This document shows, one piece after another, positions 1 to 8,636 of a stretch of 64,000 nt of DNA. The position numbers and the translations under genes are program-made. The notes under the pieces were generated by a model, which saw only the letters and a program-made list of their open reading frames with translations, was not told where the DNA came from and searched no databases. Position 1 is the first letter of the stretch; every line of letters starts with the position of its first letter. Origin of the DNA: a phage; assembly GCA_012646185.1 (NCBI GenBank), contig GCA_012646185.1_4706.1. One strand, written 5' to 3'.

Positions 1-333
1 CAAATCGTACGATATACCTTTCTCTGTGACAATCCCACCAATCTGGAGATCGACACGTTCCGTCGTCGGATCGATATACTTGACACGGACTTTCAATTCC
101 ACGCGATCGTAATAACGCATTAAATAATCATACAACATCCGGTATGTCGCATCTTCCAATTTGGGTGCGCTATACTGCGACGTTGCAATGAGGTACGGTA
201 GTGAAACGATGGAACCTTGATAGCAATACGACTGGGAATAATTCGATATTGCGAAATTGGTCATTAACCCATCCAGCTTTTTACCCGACGCGGTTAAAAA
301 GCTCGACAGTCCCGGTAACGGATTCGATGCCAT
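1..333 (-). CDS. hypothetical protein, partial (C-terminus lies beyond window start)
   Basis: Minus-strand open frame running off coordinate 1; ATG at 333-331 preceded by AGAGGAG Shine-Dalgarno 7 nt upstream; absent from ORF track because no stop lies inside the window. Confidence 0.5.
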   Translation of the reverse strand, partial: MASNPLPGLSSFLTASGKKLDGLMTNFAISNYSQSYCYQGSIVSLPYLIATSQYSAPKLEDATYRMLYDYLMRYYDRVELKVRVKYIDPTTERVDLQIGGIVTEKGISYDL

Positions 334-346
334 GAGGAACTCCTCT

Positions 347-796
347 TTAAGCGTAATTCATTCCAACCAATCTATCGTAGTTAGGCATATGTCCTAACTC
401 CAGTTCGACGGGCATGGATACATTGGTGCGCGGTGCGTAAAATGTTCGCGTATGCATATCGATATACCCACAGTCCAAATAAACAATATCGGACAACTCC
501 GCTGGATGTTTAGGTGCGGGAATCTTTAAGCGATTGTAACACTCAAGCTGCCACCAGGCATGAAAAAAGTTATTGTAGGCGTACGATTTACTGTTGGCAA
601 CTTTAAGTCCGTAGATCACCCATAACGCCGCCATGAAGTTGGTTGCGTTAATTCGCATCGGTTGTTCATTATTGAGCATGTACGTGTAGGTAAACAACGG
701 TGTGTTACCATCACCGAAACGTCCGACTAAGGTATTGTTCGTGTGTTCGACCTCAAAGGAAAAATGCTGGCTGCTATTGCCATCAAAATGGATCAT
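347..796 (-). CDS. hypothetical protein
   Basis: 149-aa ORF in co-oriented minus-strand array; stop abuts the SD of the next gene; no recognisable motif. Confidence 0.6.
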   Translation of the reverse strand: MIHFDGNSSQHFSFEVEHTNNTLVGRFGDGNTPLFTYTYMLNNEQPMRINATNFMAALWVIYGLKVANSKSYAYNNFFHAWWQLECYNRLKIPAPKHPAELSDIVYLDCGYIDMHTRTFYAPRTNVSMPVELELGHMPNYDRLVGMNYA

Positions 797-850
797 CCCG
801 TTCTCCTCAAGCTTTTCATTTCATAGAGTGGTGGAAATTCGTAGAAAGTT

Positions 851-899
851 ACAAAAATAAAAAAGAATGGGCAGCCCCTCCCCACCCGAAGGTAGGGAG
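851..899 (-). terminator. intrinsic terminator (9-bp stem, UUCG loop, U-tract) on minus strand
   Basis: Plus strand ctccccacc-cgaa-ggtagggag at 878-899 preceded by an A-run at 851-870; on the minus strand this is a hairpin followed by a U-tract, downstream of the CDS ending at 915. Confidence 0.55.
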
Positions 900-914
900 A
901 GACCGCAAATATAC

Positions 915-1379
915 TTAAACCAAAGCTGCGATAACGTCGTTAACATTACGGCCTCGCAACTCTGCCGCTAAACGAATAACTTCATCCAGGGAACGGTTTG
1001 TACGAATCTTGGCCACTTTCCAATTTTCAGGATACTGTTCGAAGTTAAGCAACCAAGTCATTACCTTTGCTTGTTCCATACCGTTGAGTTTGATTGTCGT
1101 GCGCGGATTGGCTTTGAACCACTTCTTGCTCAGCTGCGCCATACGGCGAACAGGGTAAGCGTAAGCGCGAGTCCAGTCTTTGGACAGATTGTCGAGTAAT
1201 TCACAGTAGCTGTTGTCGTAGTCTTTGTTGATACGACGTAATAACCAGTTGGCGGTCATCTGATAAAGTTTATCATCTTCACGTAACCGCATACCTGCTA
1301 CTGCTAAATAAATGATAAGACCTGCGCCCAGGATGAGAGACAGGATAAACAGAATTTGGGTTTCTTGTGCTAAAGTCAT
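915..1379 (-). CDS. hypothetical membrane-anchored protein
   Basis: 154-aa ORF with a hydrophobic N-terminal segment (ILFILSLILGAGLIIYLAVAG); early-promoter motif ~95 nt upstream. Confidence 0.6.
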   Translation of the reverse strand: MTLAQETQILFILSLILGAGLIIYLAVAGMRLREDDKLYQMTANWLLRRINKDYDNSYCELLDNLSKDWTRAYAYPVRRMAQLSKKWFKANPRTTIKLNGMEQAKVMTWLLNFEQYPENWKVAKIRTNRSLDEVIRLAAELRGRNVNDVIAALV

Positions 1380-1464
1380 TTTACTATCCTCGGATTTCGT
1401 TAGGATTTAATTTCCAATATAAGGACAATGTGATATGCCTTATACAGTCGATTGATGTTGTACA

Positions 1465-1495
1465 TCACTTAAGTAATATAGCCGTGAAAAATGTT
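1465..1495 (-). promoter_or_regulatory. phiKZ-type early promoter motif (TATATTAC on minus strand)
   Basis: Plus strand aagtaatatagccgtgaaaaatg; minus strand reads ...CGGCTATATTACTT; oriented toward the CDS starting at 1379; same core as sites at 7294, 36265, 60955. Confidence 0.5.
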
Positions 1496-1498
1496 GGA

Positions 1499-2296
1499 TT
1501 AACGTGTTCTCCTATCACGATGCGTATACGACTGAAGACCGATGTCCATATGCGGTAACGTCAGCGTCTGCCAGATCTGTCGTGCGTAGCGATCGAGCGT
1601 ATGATCGTCAGTAACACAATCGACGGGTTCGATGAGGTGGGTCGTATACTGGCTTTTCTCGGAGAAAGGTTCGAGGTTAGCTGTATCGCCTAATCCGCTT
1701 TTCACTGTGAAGACAAGACGTGTGACTATCATCGCTTTATGTTGCTGTTCATTATAACGAAGGCTGCGGTATACGGCATAGCTCCCTCCTTTTAGGCTTC
1801 GGGTATAACGAAGGTCGGAGGTCGTCTCGGAAATCTGATACAGCATCCAGTCCAACGTATCACGCCAGTACGCATCATCCACATCAGGAACCGTGATACC
1901 GTATCGCGTAGGCAGCAATTCTAAAAGCAATTTATAAAGTCCGCGACGCAGACCATGCTCTTCTGTTTCCGATAAACCGTTTCCAACGTAACGTGAAATA
2001 CGTGTACGTAAATACGTACGGATGAACATATTCGCCATCAAGGTCTTCACTCTGCTACTGGTATCCTCAAAGCGATCAACGCTGAAACTCGTTTCAATCA
2101 GTCGTCCATTAAAATACAATGCGGCAACATACATCGCGTTATTACTATCACGTTCAATGTTTAAACGTCCGCAGATATTGGCTGCGTCGTTCATGGTGAA
2201 TTCTAATTTATCGTGTTCGATACGATAGATAATATCCTCTTGGGTTGCCAGGCTCGCAATGCGACGGTAGCCCGGAGAAGTACGTTTTACACTCAT
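1499..2296 (-). CDS. hypothetical protein
   Basis: ORF track gives 1499..2335; start trimmed to the ATG at 2296 (residue M14), which has a GAGGA SD 5 nt upstream; the track start codon lies inside the TTTATGCCG motif directly after a terminator hairpin. Confidence 0.55.
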   Translation of the reverse strand: MSVKRTSPGYRRIASLATQEDIIYRIEHDKLEFTMNDAANICGRLNIERDSNNAMYVAALYFNGRLIETSFSVDRFEDTSSRVKTLMANMFIRTYLRTRISRYVGNGLSETEEHGLRRGLYKLLLELLPTRYGITVPDVDDAYWRDTLDWMLYQISETTSDLRYTRSLKGGSYAVYRSLRYNEQQHKAMIVTRLVFTVKSGLGDTANLEPFSEKSQYTTHLIEPVDCVTDDHTLDRYARQIWQTLTLPHMDIGLQSYTHRDRRTR

Positions 2297-2328
2297 GATT
2301 GTCCTCGTTTTCAATTTTAAGATTGCAT

Positions 2329-2338
2329 GCGGCATAAA
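2329..2338 (-). promoter_or_regulatory. late-promoter-like motif TTTATGCCG (minus strand) directly after a hairpin
   Basis: Plus strand gcggcataaa adjacent to hairpin 2339-2363; one of five copies of this arrangement (also 10852, 14900, 37167, 59785). Confidence 0.45.
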
Positions 2339-2363
2339 CCCTCCCCGCCTTATGCAGGGAGGG
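2339..2363 (-). terminator. GC-rich hairpin between co-oriented genes
   Basis: ccctccc - 11-nt loop - gggaggg, between the CDS ending at 2379 and the CDS starting at 2296. Confidence 0.45.
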
Positions 2364-2378
2364 CAGCCATTAAATGGA

Positions 2379-3017
2379 TTAACCTAATTTACCACCGGCA
2401 ATGTTGGTGAAATCTTCGCCATCAGGAACTTGCAGTAGGATACGTGCCATGTCCCAGTTGGTTAATGTAATTGCTTTATCATCGATACTCAGTTCTGGTA
2501 GGTCGAGTTCATGATCATCAAACTCGTAGGAAATACTCCACGTTTCATCTGTTTTAGGATCGGTTATCAACACACCGTCTGTTACACGCATGTAGTCCGG
2601 ATGCAATTCATTACTGAATGTGCTGAACGGATCGGTGTAACATTCAGCATACCCCTCGATCTGCTGACGTTGCGCCTTCGTACGTAATTCAGGGCACGCC
2701 ATAATCAGTTGTCGAGATATGCCGTTTGCAGCACGGAAGTCTTCCACGGTGTTGCATGGCATAACCACATCGTCATGGAAGATGTTCTCCGATTGTCTCA
2801 ACAGCGTCTTACGGAGTTCAGCATAGTTTATCTGATTGAATGCGTCGAACGTTGCTAACGATTCAGCGTAAAAATGCTTTACGTGTTCGCTTGCACTGCC
2901 GAGGCTATTCATCAGCTTGTGGCCGTACTCCATAAAGCTTTTATCGAGACCGGAGGACATTTCTCCGAACCTCAGTGCACGATAACTGTCTCGTCCACCT
3001 GTAAATATTTGCGCCAT
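2379..3017 (-). CDS. hypothetical protein
   Basis: 212-aa ORF; ATG preceded by AGGAGG SD immediately after the stop of the upstream exon. Confidence 0.65.
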   Translation of the reverse strand: MAQIFTGGRDSYRALRFGEMSSGLDKSFMEYGHKLMNSLGSASEHVKHFYAESLATFDAFNQINYAELRKTLLRQSENIFHDDVVMPCNTVEDFRAANGISRQLIMACPELRTKAQRQQIEGYAECYTDPFSTFSNELHPDYMRVTDGVLITDPKTDETWSISYEFDDHELDLPELSIDDKAITLTNWDMARILLQVPDGEDFTNIAGGKLG

Positions 3018-3032
3018 TACAGGCGTCCTCCT

Positions 3033-3254
3033 TTAGCAATGGTTGTTAGTTGCTTCTATTTCATCAAGATACGGTTCTACGTCATCGCCCTCCACGAATT
3101 CGTTGAACCAACAGTCAATGGTAGAAATAACCGGTGACTGGTGTTCACATTTCTTAGATACCTTAAAAGGCACGTTATTATCCATCATACCGAGTTCGGG
3201 TCGAAAACGCCCGAAATGTTTCGCAGTCCAAATGTCTGGGACGATATGGTTGTT
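3033..3254 (-). CDS. exon 3 of beta-prime-like gene (73 codons + stop)
   Basis: Begins AAC AAC CAT ATC GTC CCA (NNHIVP, cf. E. coli QMAVHVP after DFDGD) immediately after an intron-terminal G at 3255; in frame with the micro-exon. Confidence 0.7.
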   Translation of the reverse strand, partial: NNHIVPDIWTAKHFGRFRPELGMMDNNVPFKVSKKCEHQSPVISTIDCWFNEFVEGDDVEPYLDEIEATNNHC

Positions 3255-5233
3255 CATCAAAATCTTCAGTATGAATCGCTACTTCATACCCGCAGCATTA
3301 CCTGCAGCTCCTGGTGTTACCAGGATGTTGAGAGTATATCATGCCCATATTCCAAATGGAACGTAGGACTTCCGCGCTGGATCTCGCTTGAGACCACTTA
3401 CTCGTTGAACGTTCTCCTAAACGGAGCTTCGCTGCTGATTGGACATTGTTACGTACGGTAGGCGTCCCATTAAAGGGATTTTCATTGAAGCCGCGTACAT
3501 CCGTTACCTTGTTTCTACCTTATCGGTTCCTCTTACGAGGCGTAACGGCTTTAGCCTATTCCAGCAATTCACGGAATGCATATTCTCCTTTTCAGGAGAT
3601 AAGGCCATGGCTCTGGCATCACCGTCAAAGTCCACATATCTTCAGTATGAATCGCTACTTCATACCCGCAGCATTACCTGCAGCTCCTGGTGTTACCAGG
3701 ACGGAGAGATCATCTCATCACCCACGAAGGGTGTTCCGCGCTACCCTCAGCGAATTCGAGGGACATGATCGTTGAACCTTCCACCGATAATCGGTGGCTA
3801 GGCTGCTGATTAAACATTGTACGTTGGGGTGGCATCCTGGTTCAGGACTGTCGTTGAAGCCTCCCAACATCCACTCACTTATTTCCGCCTTATCGGCTCC
3901 CATAAGGGCAGAGTGGCTTTAGCCCGTCTCAGCAATTCACGGAATTCAAGCTCTTCCTTTCAGAAGGCAGGGCCTCATCTGAAGCATTGTATCCCTTAAG
4001 GATCATCACGCTTAACCCGATGGTGTTATCCTGCGGATCGCGTTTAACCTTGGTGATTTCAAGACATTGGTTACTGCTTCGGTCAAGTGATGGGTTTCGA
4101 ACAAAGCCGCACACAATCCCATCGAACGGCGTATCAGCAATAAGCTCATCGTGCAGCTCGCTCATCATCGGATGATAATTACGGACATGTTCCGCAACGA
4201 ACGCACGCGCTGCTCTCGGTGAGTAACCACGATGGAATAACTTGGATTGGATATGTTCTTTATTGGTTAAAGTAAATGGTGCGTATGGGAAATGCAGATG
4301 ATAATAACGATGGTTCGCTGTTATCGAACTGATTACGGTACGCGTGGTGAATGGATGTAATGTACCTAATATGTTTTTACGTGTAATACCTTTCTTCTTA
4401 CCGATGAACTCATCGAAAATCGCTGCGTGGTATTGCAGTAGCTTCAATTGCACTTTCGCCATCCAGTTTTCTTTCTTTCTGGCGCTCAAAGGTGTTGTTG
4501 GATGATAGATACTGTTCAACGTACCAATAGCATCGATCGCACCTTCCATTTTGCTATCCGCATAACGACCGGTCGGCGTATTTTCGATAACGAACATCAT
4601 GGCTGCAGGAAAGCTGATATACTGACTGAAGAACTTATCACGATGGATACGGATGAATTCTCGTAGCGTGTCAACTTTCTCCATGTTCTTCGGTCCACGT
4701 AACGTCGGTCCTTTATACAAGATCTCCATGATGCGATCGAAGTTCTGTATAAAGCTATTTACGCCACGCCGTATCCCGAATACATCGAATTGCTGCTCCA
4801 GATAGTTCTTGAGTTCGATGGGTCGTTTTACATTTGGACGGTAACTGGCATCAATGAGCCACGTCATCGTTTCAAAGCTTTTGATATTCAACTCGCTTGC
4901 CAGCACGAGATGGACCAACGGGTTAATGAACGCATCGATTCCTTCAGGAACGCGCGCCCAAACCGTCGAACGAATCTCTTGTTCTGCTGGGTAGGTTACA
5001 ACCGTTTTACAGTTTGGACACACCGTGCCGAGTAGCTCACCACGATTGTAGAAACCACAACCACATTGTGGTGTGATATCCAACGTATCGCTGGAGTAAA
5101 CACGGGTGATAAAACTGTTTAATTTCTTCTTCTCTTCGACGACTTTTGTATCGTAATCATTCAACAAAATCGGCGTGAAAGGAAGTTCTGCGAGCTGTCT
5201 ATCGAAACTCACGATATCGAGCATGATGGCCAT
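3033..5233 (-). CDS. RNA polymerase beta-prime-like subunit, N-terminal fragment type (non-virion RNAP by synteny); gene interrupted by two group I introns
   Basis: Exon 1 carries a Cys4 zinc-ribbon (CGCG...CPNC), a match to the beta-prime GKRVDYSGRSVI region (RKNILGTLHPFTTRTVIS) and an NRAPTLH-like RNPSLD; the spliced product of exons 3983..5233 + 3618..3632 + 3033..3254 (495 aa) reads ...KGYNA-DFDGD-NNHIVPD..., restoring the universal NADFDGD Mg-binding motif; AGGAG SD before the ATG at 5233. Confidence 0.75.
3255..3617 (-). ncRNA. group I intron (no ORF), 3'-proximal member of a tandem pair
   Basis: On the minus strand, in canonical order: P-like GAAUUGCUGGAAU (plus 3561-3573), Q-like AAUCAGCAGC (plus 3431-3440), R-like GUUCAACGAGUAAG (plus 3397-3410), S-like GAUAUACUCU (plus 3331-3340) with P7 pairing GAGUA/UACUC; ends in G; preceding exon ends in U. 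Confidence 0.75.
3618..3632 (-). CDS. 15-nt micro-exon encoding D-F-D-G-D (catalytic aspartate triad)
   Basis: Minus strand GAC TTT GAC GGT GAT lies exactly between the two introns, in frame with exon 1 (ends ...TAC AAT GCT = YNA) and exon 3. Confidence 0.7.
3633..3982 (-). ncRNA. group I intron (no ORF), 5'-proximal member of a tandem pair
   Basis: P-like GAAUUGCUGAGA (plus 3928-3940), Q-like AAUCAGCAGCC (plus 3801-3811), R-like GGUUCAACGAUCAUG (plus 3764-3778), S-like GAUGAUCUCUC (plus 3704-3714) with P7 GAUCAU/AUGAUC; ends in G at 3633; exon 1 ends in U at 3983. Confidence 0.8.
3983..5233 (-). CDS. exon 1 of beta-prime-like gene (417 codons)
   Basis: ORF-track ORF 3929..5233 truncated at the 5' splice site; the 18 track codons after ...GYNA (SDEALPSERKSLNSVNC) are intron-encoded and overlap the intron P element. 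Confidence 0.7.
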
Positions 5234-5275
5234 GGGGTATCTCCTACAAATGAAAAAGAACGTTAGGACGTATAA

Positions 5276-5299
5276 GGGAGGGAGGTTGCCCTCCCTCCC
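5276..5299 (-). terminator. GC-rich hairpin after the shell-protein gene
   Basis: gggagggagg-ttg-cctccctccc, with a U-rich stretch ~15 nt downstream on the minus strand. Confidence 0.5.
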
Positions 5300-5325
5300 G
5301 TCAGATTACATCGAACGTTCTTCCA

Positions 5326-7221
5326 TTAGAACAGGTTGAATGCCCCACCCATGTTGTTAACGCCAACATTCGGACGATCGCTACGTGCGTAGATGTTACC
5401 GGAGATGTTACCCAGACCACGAGCACGTGCTGCCATGTTACCACGAACAGCGGTACCTGCCAGATGCTGGATGTTCTCAGGACGGATGGTGAAGCCAGCA
5501 TCAGCCGCAGCTTCGATCAGCGCCTGCAGTGCTAACGGATCGAAGTCGTAACGCATTGCCCAGCCGGTTTGTTCCCAGCTACCAGACAGAACACGATCGA
5601 TGATTTCGTGACGAGCGACAACACGCTGAGACATCGTCATATCGGTACGGTCGAAGCTGTCTTCCCAAGCTTCTACGGTATCCGGGTTAGTGATGTTCAT
5701 CATGTACAGATCGTCCATATCACGAATATCGTGACGGTGACCATCCTGGTGGTTGTAGTAACCCAGCGGGATACGGTTACCGGTAGCGTAGACCAGCGGT
5801 TGGCCGTATTGATATTTCTTGCTGAAGCAACCCAGGGTAGTATCATCGAAGGCACGGTAAAGTGCTTTGTAGCCTTCAGAGACTTCCTGAACTTTACCTT
5901 CAACATTACCCGTATAGATCTTCTCAGCCGCCGGGATCATACGCAGCAGCCAGCTGTATTCGCCTTCTTCCGGTACGTCGATAGAAATCAGCAGAGACGG
6001 ATACAGAACCTGTTGCAGGAACTTGTAAATCTGCTCGTTGGTTTGCGTAGACAGATCCAGCGGTGCAGTCACTTCAGGATCCAGCACCATCGCCAGAGCA
6101 CCTGGGTTATGCGGACCAATACCACGAGCCGCGTTGCTGATTAAAGACTGTGCCCATGCCATGCCGCTGTTCAGCGTAGCGATGGTACCAATCAGACCCA
6201 GCACGAAGCTGTTCGGTGTGAACGCATCCAGCTCCAGCGGGTAAGCGCTGGTCATCACGTAACGCGGCTGGTATTGTACAGTCGGCGGTACCGGATAGCC
6301 GTTAACCAGAACAGGGCCTTGGTTGAAGGTCGGGTTCTGCGGGCTGTAGGTCAGGTCGATGTAACCGGTGGTGGCGACCAGACGCTGTTGACTATCGTAA
6401 TCGCTCATCGCTTGACGGATGCGGTTAGAGATAGTTACAGTGATGTCAGAACGCACAGGGTTACCAACAATATCACTGTCCTGCATACCGCTGGTGTTGT
6501 ACTGAACGCTGCTGATTGGCTGATCGCTTGCCATCATGCCCAGGTTGAACTGCGGCAGACCCAGTTTATCACCGAGACGGATTTCGATTGCGGTCTGGAT
6601 TGCGTTATCTGCAGCAGACAGCAGGGTGGTTGCCAGATGCGCAGATTCAGCGGTGATTTCATTGGTCACCACAGCCAGACCAGCGATACGAACAGTACCG
6701 TTAGACTTACCGCCAATAGCTGAATACATTGCCGCCATGACTTCGTTGATGAACGTACCGTTCAGGTTATCAACCCAGGTACGCGGTACCAGAATGTTAC
6801 CATGCGGACCTTGTTCTTCACGACGCGGCAGCGGAGCCAGACCAGCAACCAGCGGCAGGACGTAACCGAAGAAGTGGTTATGATCACCAACTTTTGCACC
6901 GCTCATAACAACCAGGGTCGGATACGGTACGCTGTACTGGTTCGGGTCAACCGCAACAAAGATGAAGTCGTCTTTGAACTGGGTATCTTCCAGATATTTC
7001 TCCATCAGACGACGGAGATTCAGTACCTGCTCGGAGCCGGTATTACGGCTGATACGACGGCTCAGTGTACGGTTGATCGTACGCATCGTATGAGTTACTT
7101 TAGGACGGTCGGCAAAATCTGCAGCGGTTTCCAGCGCCTCATCAGCACGTTGTGCGGTGCGGGTTTCAGCTGCACGAATTTCTACATTATCGTTACCGTT
7201 ATTACGTACGTCTAAGCCCAT
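5326..7221 (-). CDS. chmA: chimallin-like phage nucleus shell protein (putative)
   Basis: 631-aa ORF, strong AAGAGGAA SD, codon usage typical of an abundant protein, early-promoter motif ~70 nt upstream, immediately upstream of a beta-prime-like RNAP gene as in phiKZ (gp54-gp55); identification rests on size and synteny, not on a catalytic motif. Confidence 0.55.
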   Translation of the reverse strand: MGLDVRNNGNDNVEIRAAETRTAQRADEALETAADFADRPKVTHTMRTINRTLSRRISRNTGSEQVLNLRRLMEKYLEDTQFKDDFIFVAVDPNQYSVPYPTLVVMSGAKVGDHNHFFGYVLPLVAGLAPLPRREEQGPHGNILVPRTWVDNLNGTFINEVMAAMYSAIGGKSNGTVRIAGLAVVTNEITAESAHLATTLLSAADNAIQTAIEIRLGDKLGLPQFNLGMMASDQPISSVQYNTSGMQDSDIVGNPVRSDITVTISNRIRQAMSDYDSQQRLVATTGYIDLTYSPQNPTFNQGPVLVNGYPVPPTVQYQPRYVMTSAYPLELDAFTPNSFVLGLIGTIATLNSGMAWAQSLISNAARGIGPHNPGALAMVLDPEVTAPLDLSTQTNEQIYKFLQQVLYPSLLISIDVPEEGEYSWLLRMIPAAEKIYTGNVEGKVQEVSEGYKALYRAFDDTTLGCFSKKYQYGQPLVYATGNRIPLGYYNHQDGHRHDIRDMDDLYMMNITNPDTVEAWEDSFDRTDMTMSQRVVARHEIIDRVLSGSWEQTGWAMRYDFDPLALQALIEAAADAGFTIRPENIQHLAGTAVRGNMAARARGLGNISGNIYARSDRPNVGVNNMGGAFNLF

Positions 7222-7285
7222 TTGGGATTCCTCTTTTCTTAAACTTTATTAAATGACGTCATTGAATCAGCTTCTACTCGCTCAT

Positions 7286-7320
7286 TCACCTAGGTAATAT
7301 AACCCTGAAATTTTTTTCAA
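7286..7320 (-). promoter_or_regulatory. phiKZ-type early promoter motif (GAAAAAAA...TATATTAC on minus strand)
   Basis: Plus strand ctaggtaatataaccctgaaatttttttc; ~70 nt upstream of the chimallin-like start codon. Confidence 0.6.
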
Positions 7321-7475
7321 TATTGGTGTAACCACATTGAACGATATAAACCCCCAGGCGAACGCTGCCGAGAAGCAACATTCTTTCTACATATAATCAG
7401 GATATGTCTGTAAACTTTTACTTCTCTTATTGAGAGTAATGTCATATCCGTTTACTACCTTCTTACGGAGTTCGT

Positions 7476-8570
7476 ATGTTTCGTGTTTTAAATAACCTCC
7501 CGCGAACATCATCGGGTGTGCAACCCGTCCCTCAGAAAGACTATCTAATACGCGAAGTTCAAAGAAACCTACAGACAATCCAGAACCACTATCAAGGTTT
7601 TACCTTCGCGGTTCAGAGCGATCACATCCTTGCGTTGCTGCTCGCACAGCTCCCTATGAGATACGACATCTCAGTACAAACTTACTACGACATGATTCTC
7701 GATCTTACCCCAGAATTGGGTAATCGTGTCAAGTTGACAACATCAAGATACGCGGGTAAGTTATTCGACGGTGCTTTCTATCCGGGATTGCACGAAGCTA
7801 TTATCGCAACCGGTGAAAGTCGTCTTATTTCACGTGACGTTCTTGACAACTGGCGTAATTGGTCACCAGTTAGAATCGTGACGCACCCATACGCAAATCT
7901 TCGTTACATTCCTCTTCACCGAAAGCAGGTTGAAGATGGGCGAGGTTTTGCAGTCATTATGGTTGACGTACCTTTATTAGCGCTACAGTATCGAATGTGG
8001 TCTTTGATCATGGGTCATAACGTCGACGGTAAATGGGTGGTTAAAGAACCGGTTACAAGCTTCCTTGCGAGTTTTCCGTTGGTTAACGCATTATACTCAC
8101 ACAACGATGTTGTTATACGTAATCGTTGTTTGTGGGTATCTCCGGCTAAGAATCCACTCAAATCACCCATTTACGTTAACGACCTTGATAACGTATTCAG
8201 CCAAGTCGTTCTGTCCGTACAGCATCATTTATTACGAAGAAGACGAAGCTACACCGATATGCTTAAACAGATACCGAGTTTATACGGAGATCAGTACCAA
8301 GCAACCCGAATGGGTTACACCGTCGATCTTCGACAAACACGATGGGCAAGGGATCTGGGTTGTCTGTCATTATGGCAACAACTCGTCACATTGCAAAACG
8401 TATCTGAAAGCGTCGGGTTCAGCAGTCAAATCGATAACGACCTGTACCGTGCTGCCGACCGGAGTCTAAAAGAAGGTAACTGGGAATCCTCTCCGTTACC
8501 TGGCGATTTAAGACGTGAAGTTATCGCACAGGTTGCCGACCTCTTAAAAATTCTTCCCGCTGGTGCATAA
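7476..8570 (+). CDS. hypothetical protein
   Basis: 364-aa ORF with ACGGAG SD; the only plus-strand gene in this neighbourhood; ends at a bidirectional terminator. Confidence 0.65.
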   Translation: MFRVLNNLPRTSSGVQPVPQKDYLIREVQRNLQTIQNHYQGFTFAVQSDHILALLLAQLPMRYDISVQTYYDMILDLTPELGNRVKLTTSRYAGKLFDGAFYPGLHEAIIATGESRLISRDVLDNWRNWSPVRIVTHPYANLRYIPLHRKQVEDGRGFAVIMVDVPLLALQYRMWSLIMGHNVDGKWVVKEPVTSFLASFPLVNALYSHNDVVIRNRCLWVSPAKNPLKSPIYVNDLDNVFSQVVLSVQHHLLRRRRSYTDMLKQIPSLYGDQYQATRMGYTVDLRQTRWARDLGCLSLWQQLVTLQNVSESVGFSSQIDNDLYRAADRSLKEGNWESSPLPGDLRREVIAQVADLLKILPAGA

Positions 8571-8590
8571 TCACCTCCCTCTTCCCTTGC

Positions 8591-8620
8591 ATCCTCCCAA
8601 CCCGTAAGGGAAGGGAGGAT
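8591..8620. terminator. bidirectional terminator hairpin with GNRA (GUAA) tetraloop, contains conserved 24-mer
   Basis: atcctccc-aa-ccc-gtaa-ggg-aa-gggaggat between convergent CDSs; the 24-mer ctcccaacccgtaagggaagggag (8594-8617) recurs in reverse orientation at 58655-58678. Confidence 0.6.
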
Positions 8621-8636
8621 GGGGTGGTGGATTATG

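Larger units (their letters stand above)
3255..3982 (-). repeat. tandem pair of paralogous group I introns
   Basis: Two ~350-360-nt elements in direct tandem, homologous along their length; 64 nt at plus 3262-3325 and 3638-3701 are identical (the minus-strand 3' terminal part of each intron); also the cause of the duplicated peptides in plus-strand track ORFs 3141..3461 and 3439..3768. Confidence 0.85.

Noticed and set aside
3043-3775. Four plus-strand ORFs (3043..3366, 3141..3461, 3439..3768, 3446..3775) with repeated peptide segments such as LQYESLLHTRSITCSSWCYQD
   Set aside because: They lie antisense within the two tandem group I introns; the repeated peptides are translations of the duplicated 64-nt intron 3' segment, not real genes
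3255-3990. Tandem direct repeats that could be mistaken for a CRISPR array or satellite
   Set aside because: Only two units of about 350 nt, no short repeat/spacer periodicity, and each unit has group I intron core elements; interpreted as introns
5569-7215. Several plus-strand ORFs (5569..6144, 6038..6244, 6274..6723, 6536..6865, 6802..7215) antisense to the chimallin-like gene
   Set aside because: Nested antisense frames within a long, codon-biased minus-strand gene; non-protein-like composition
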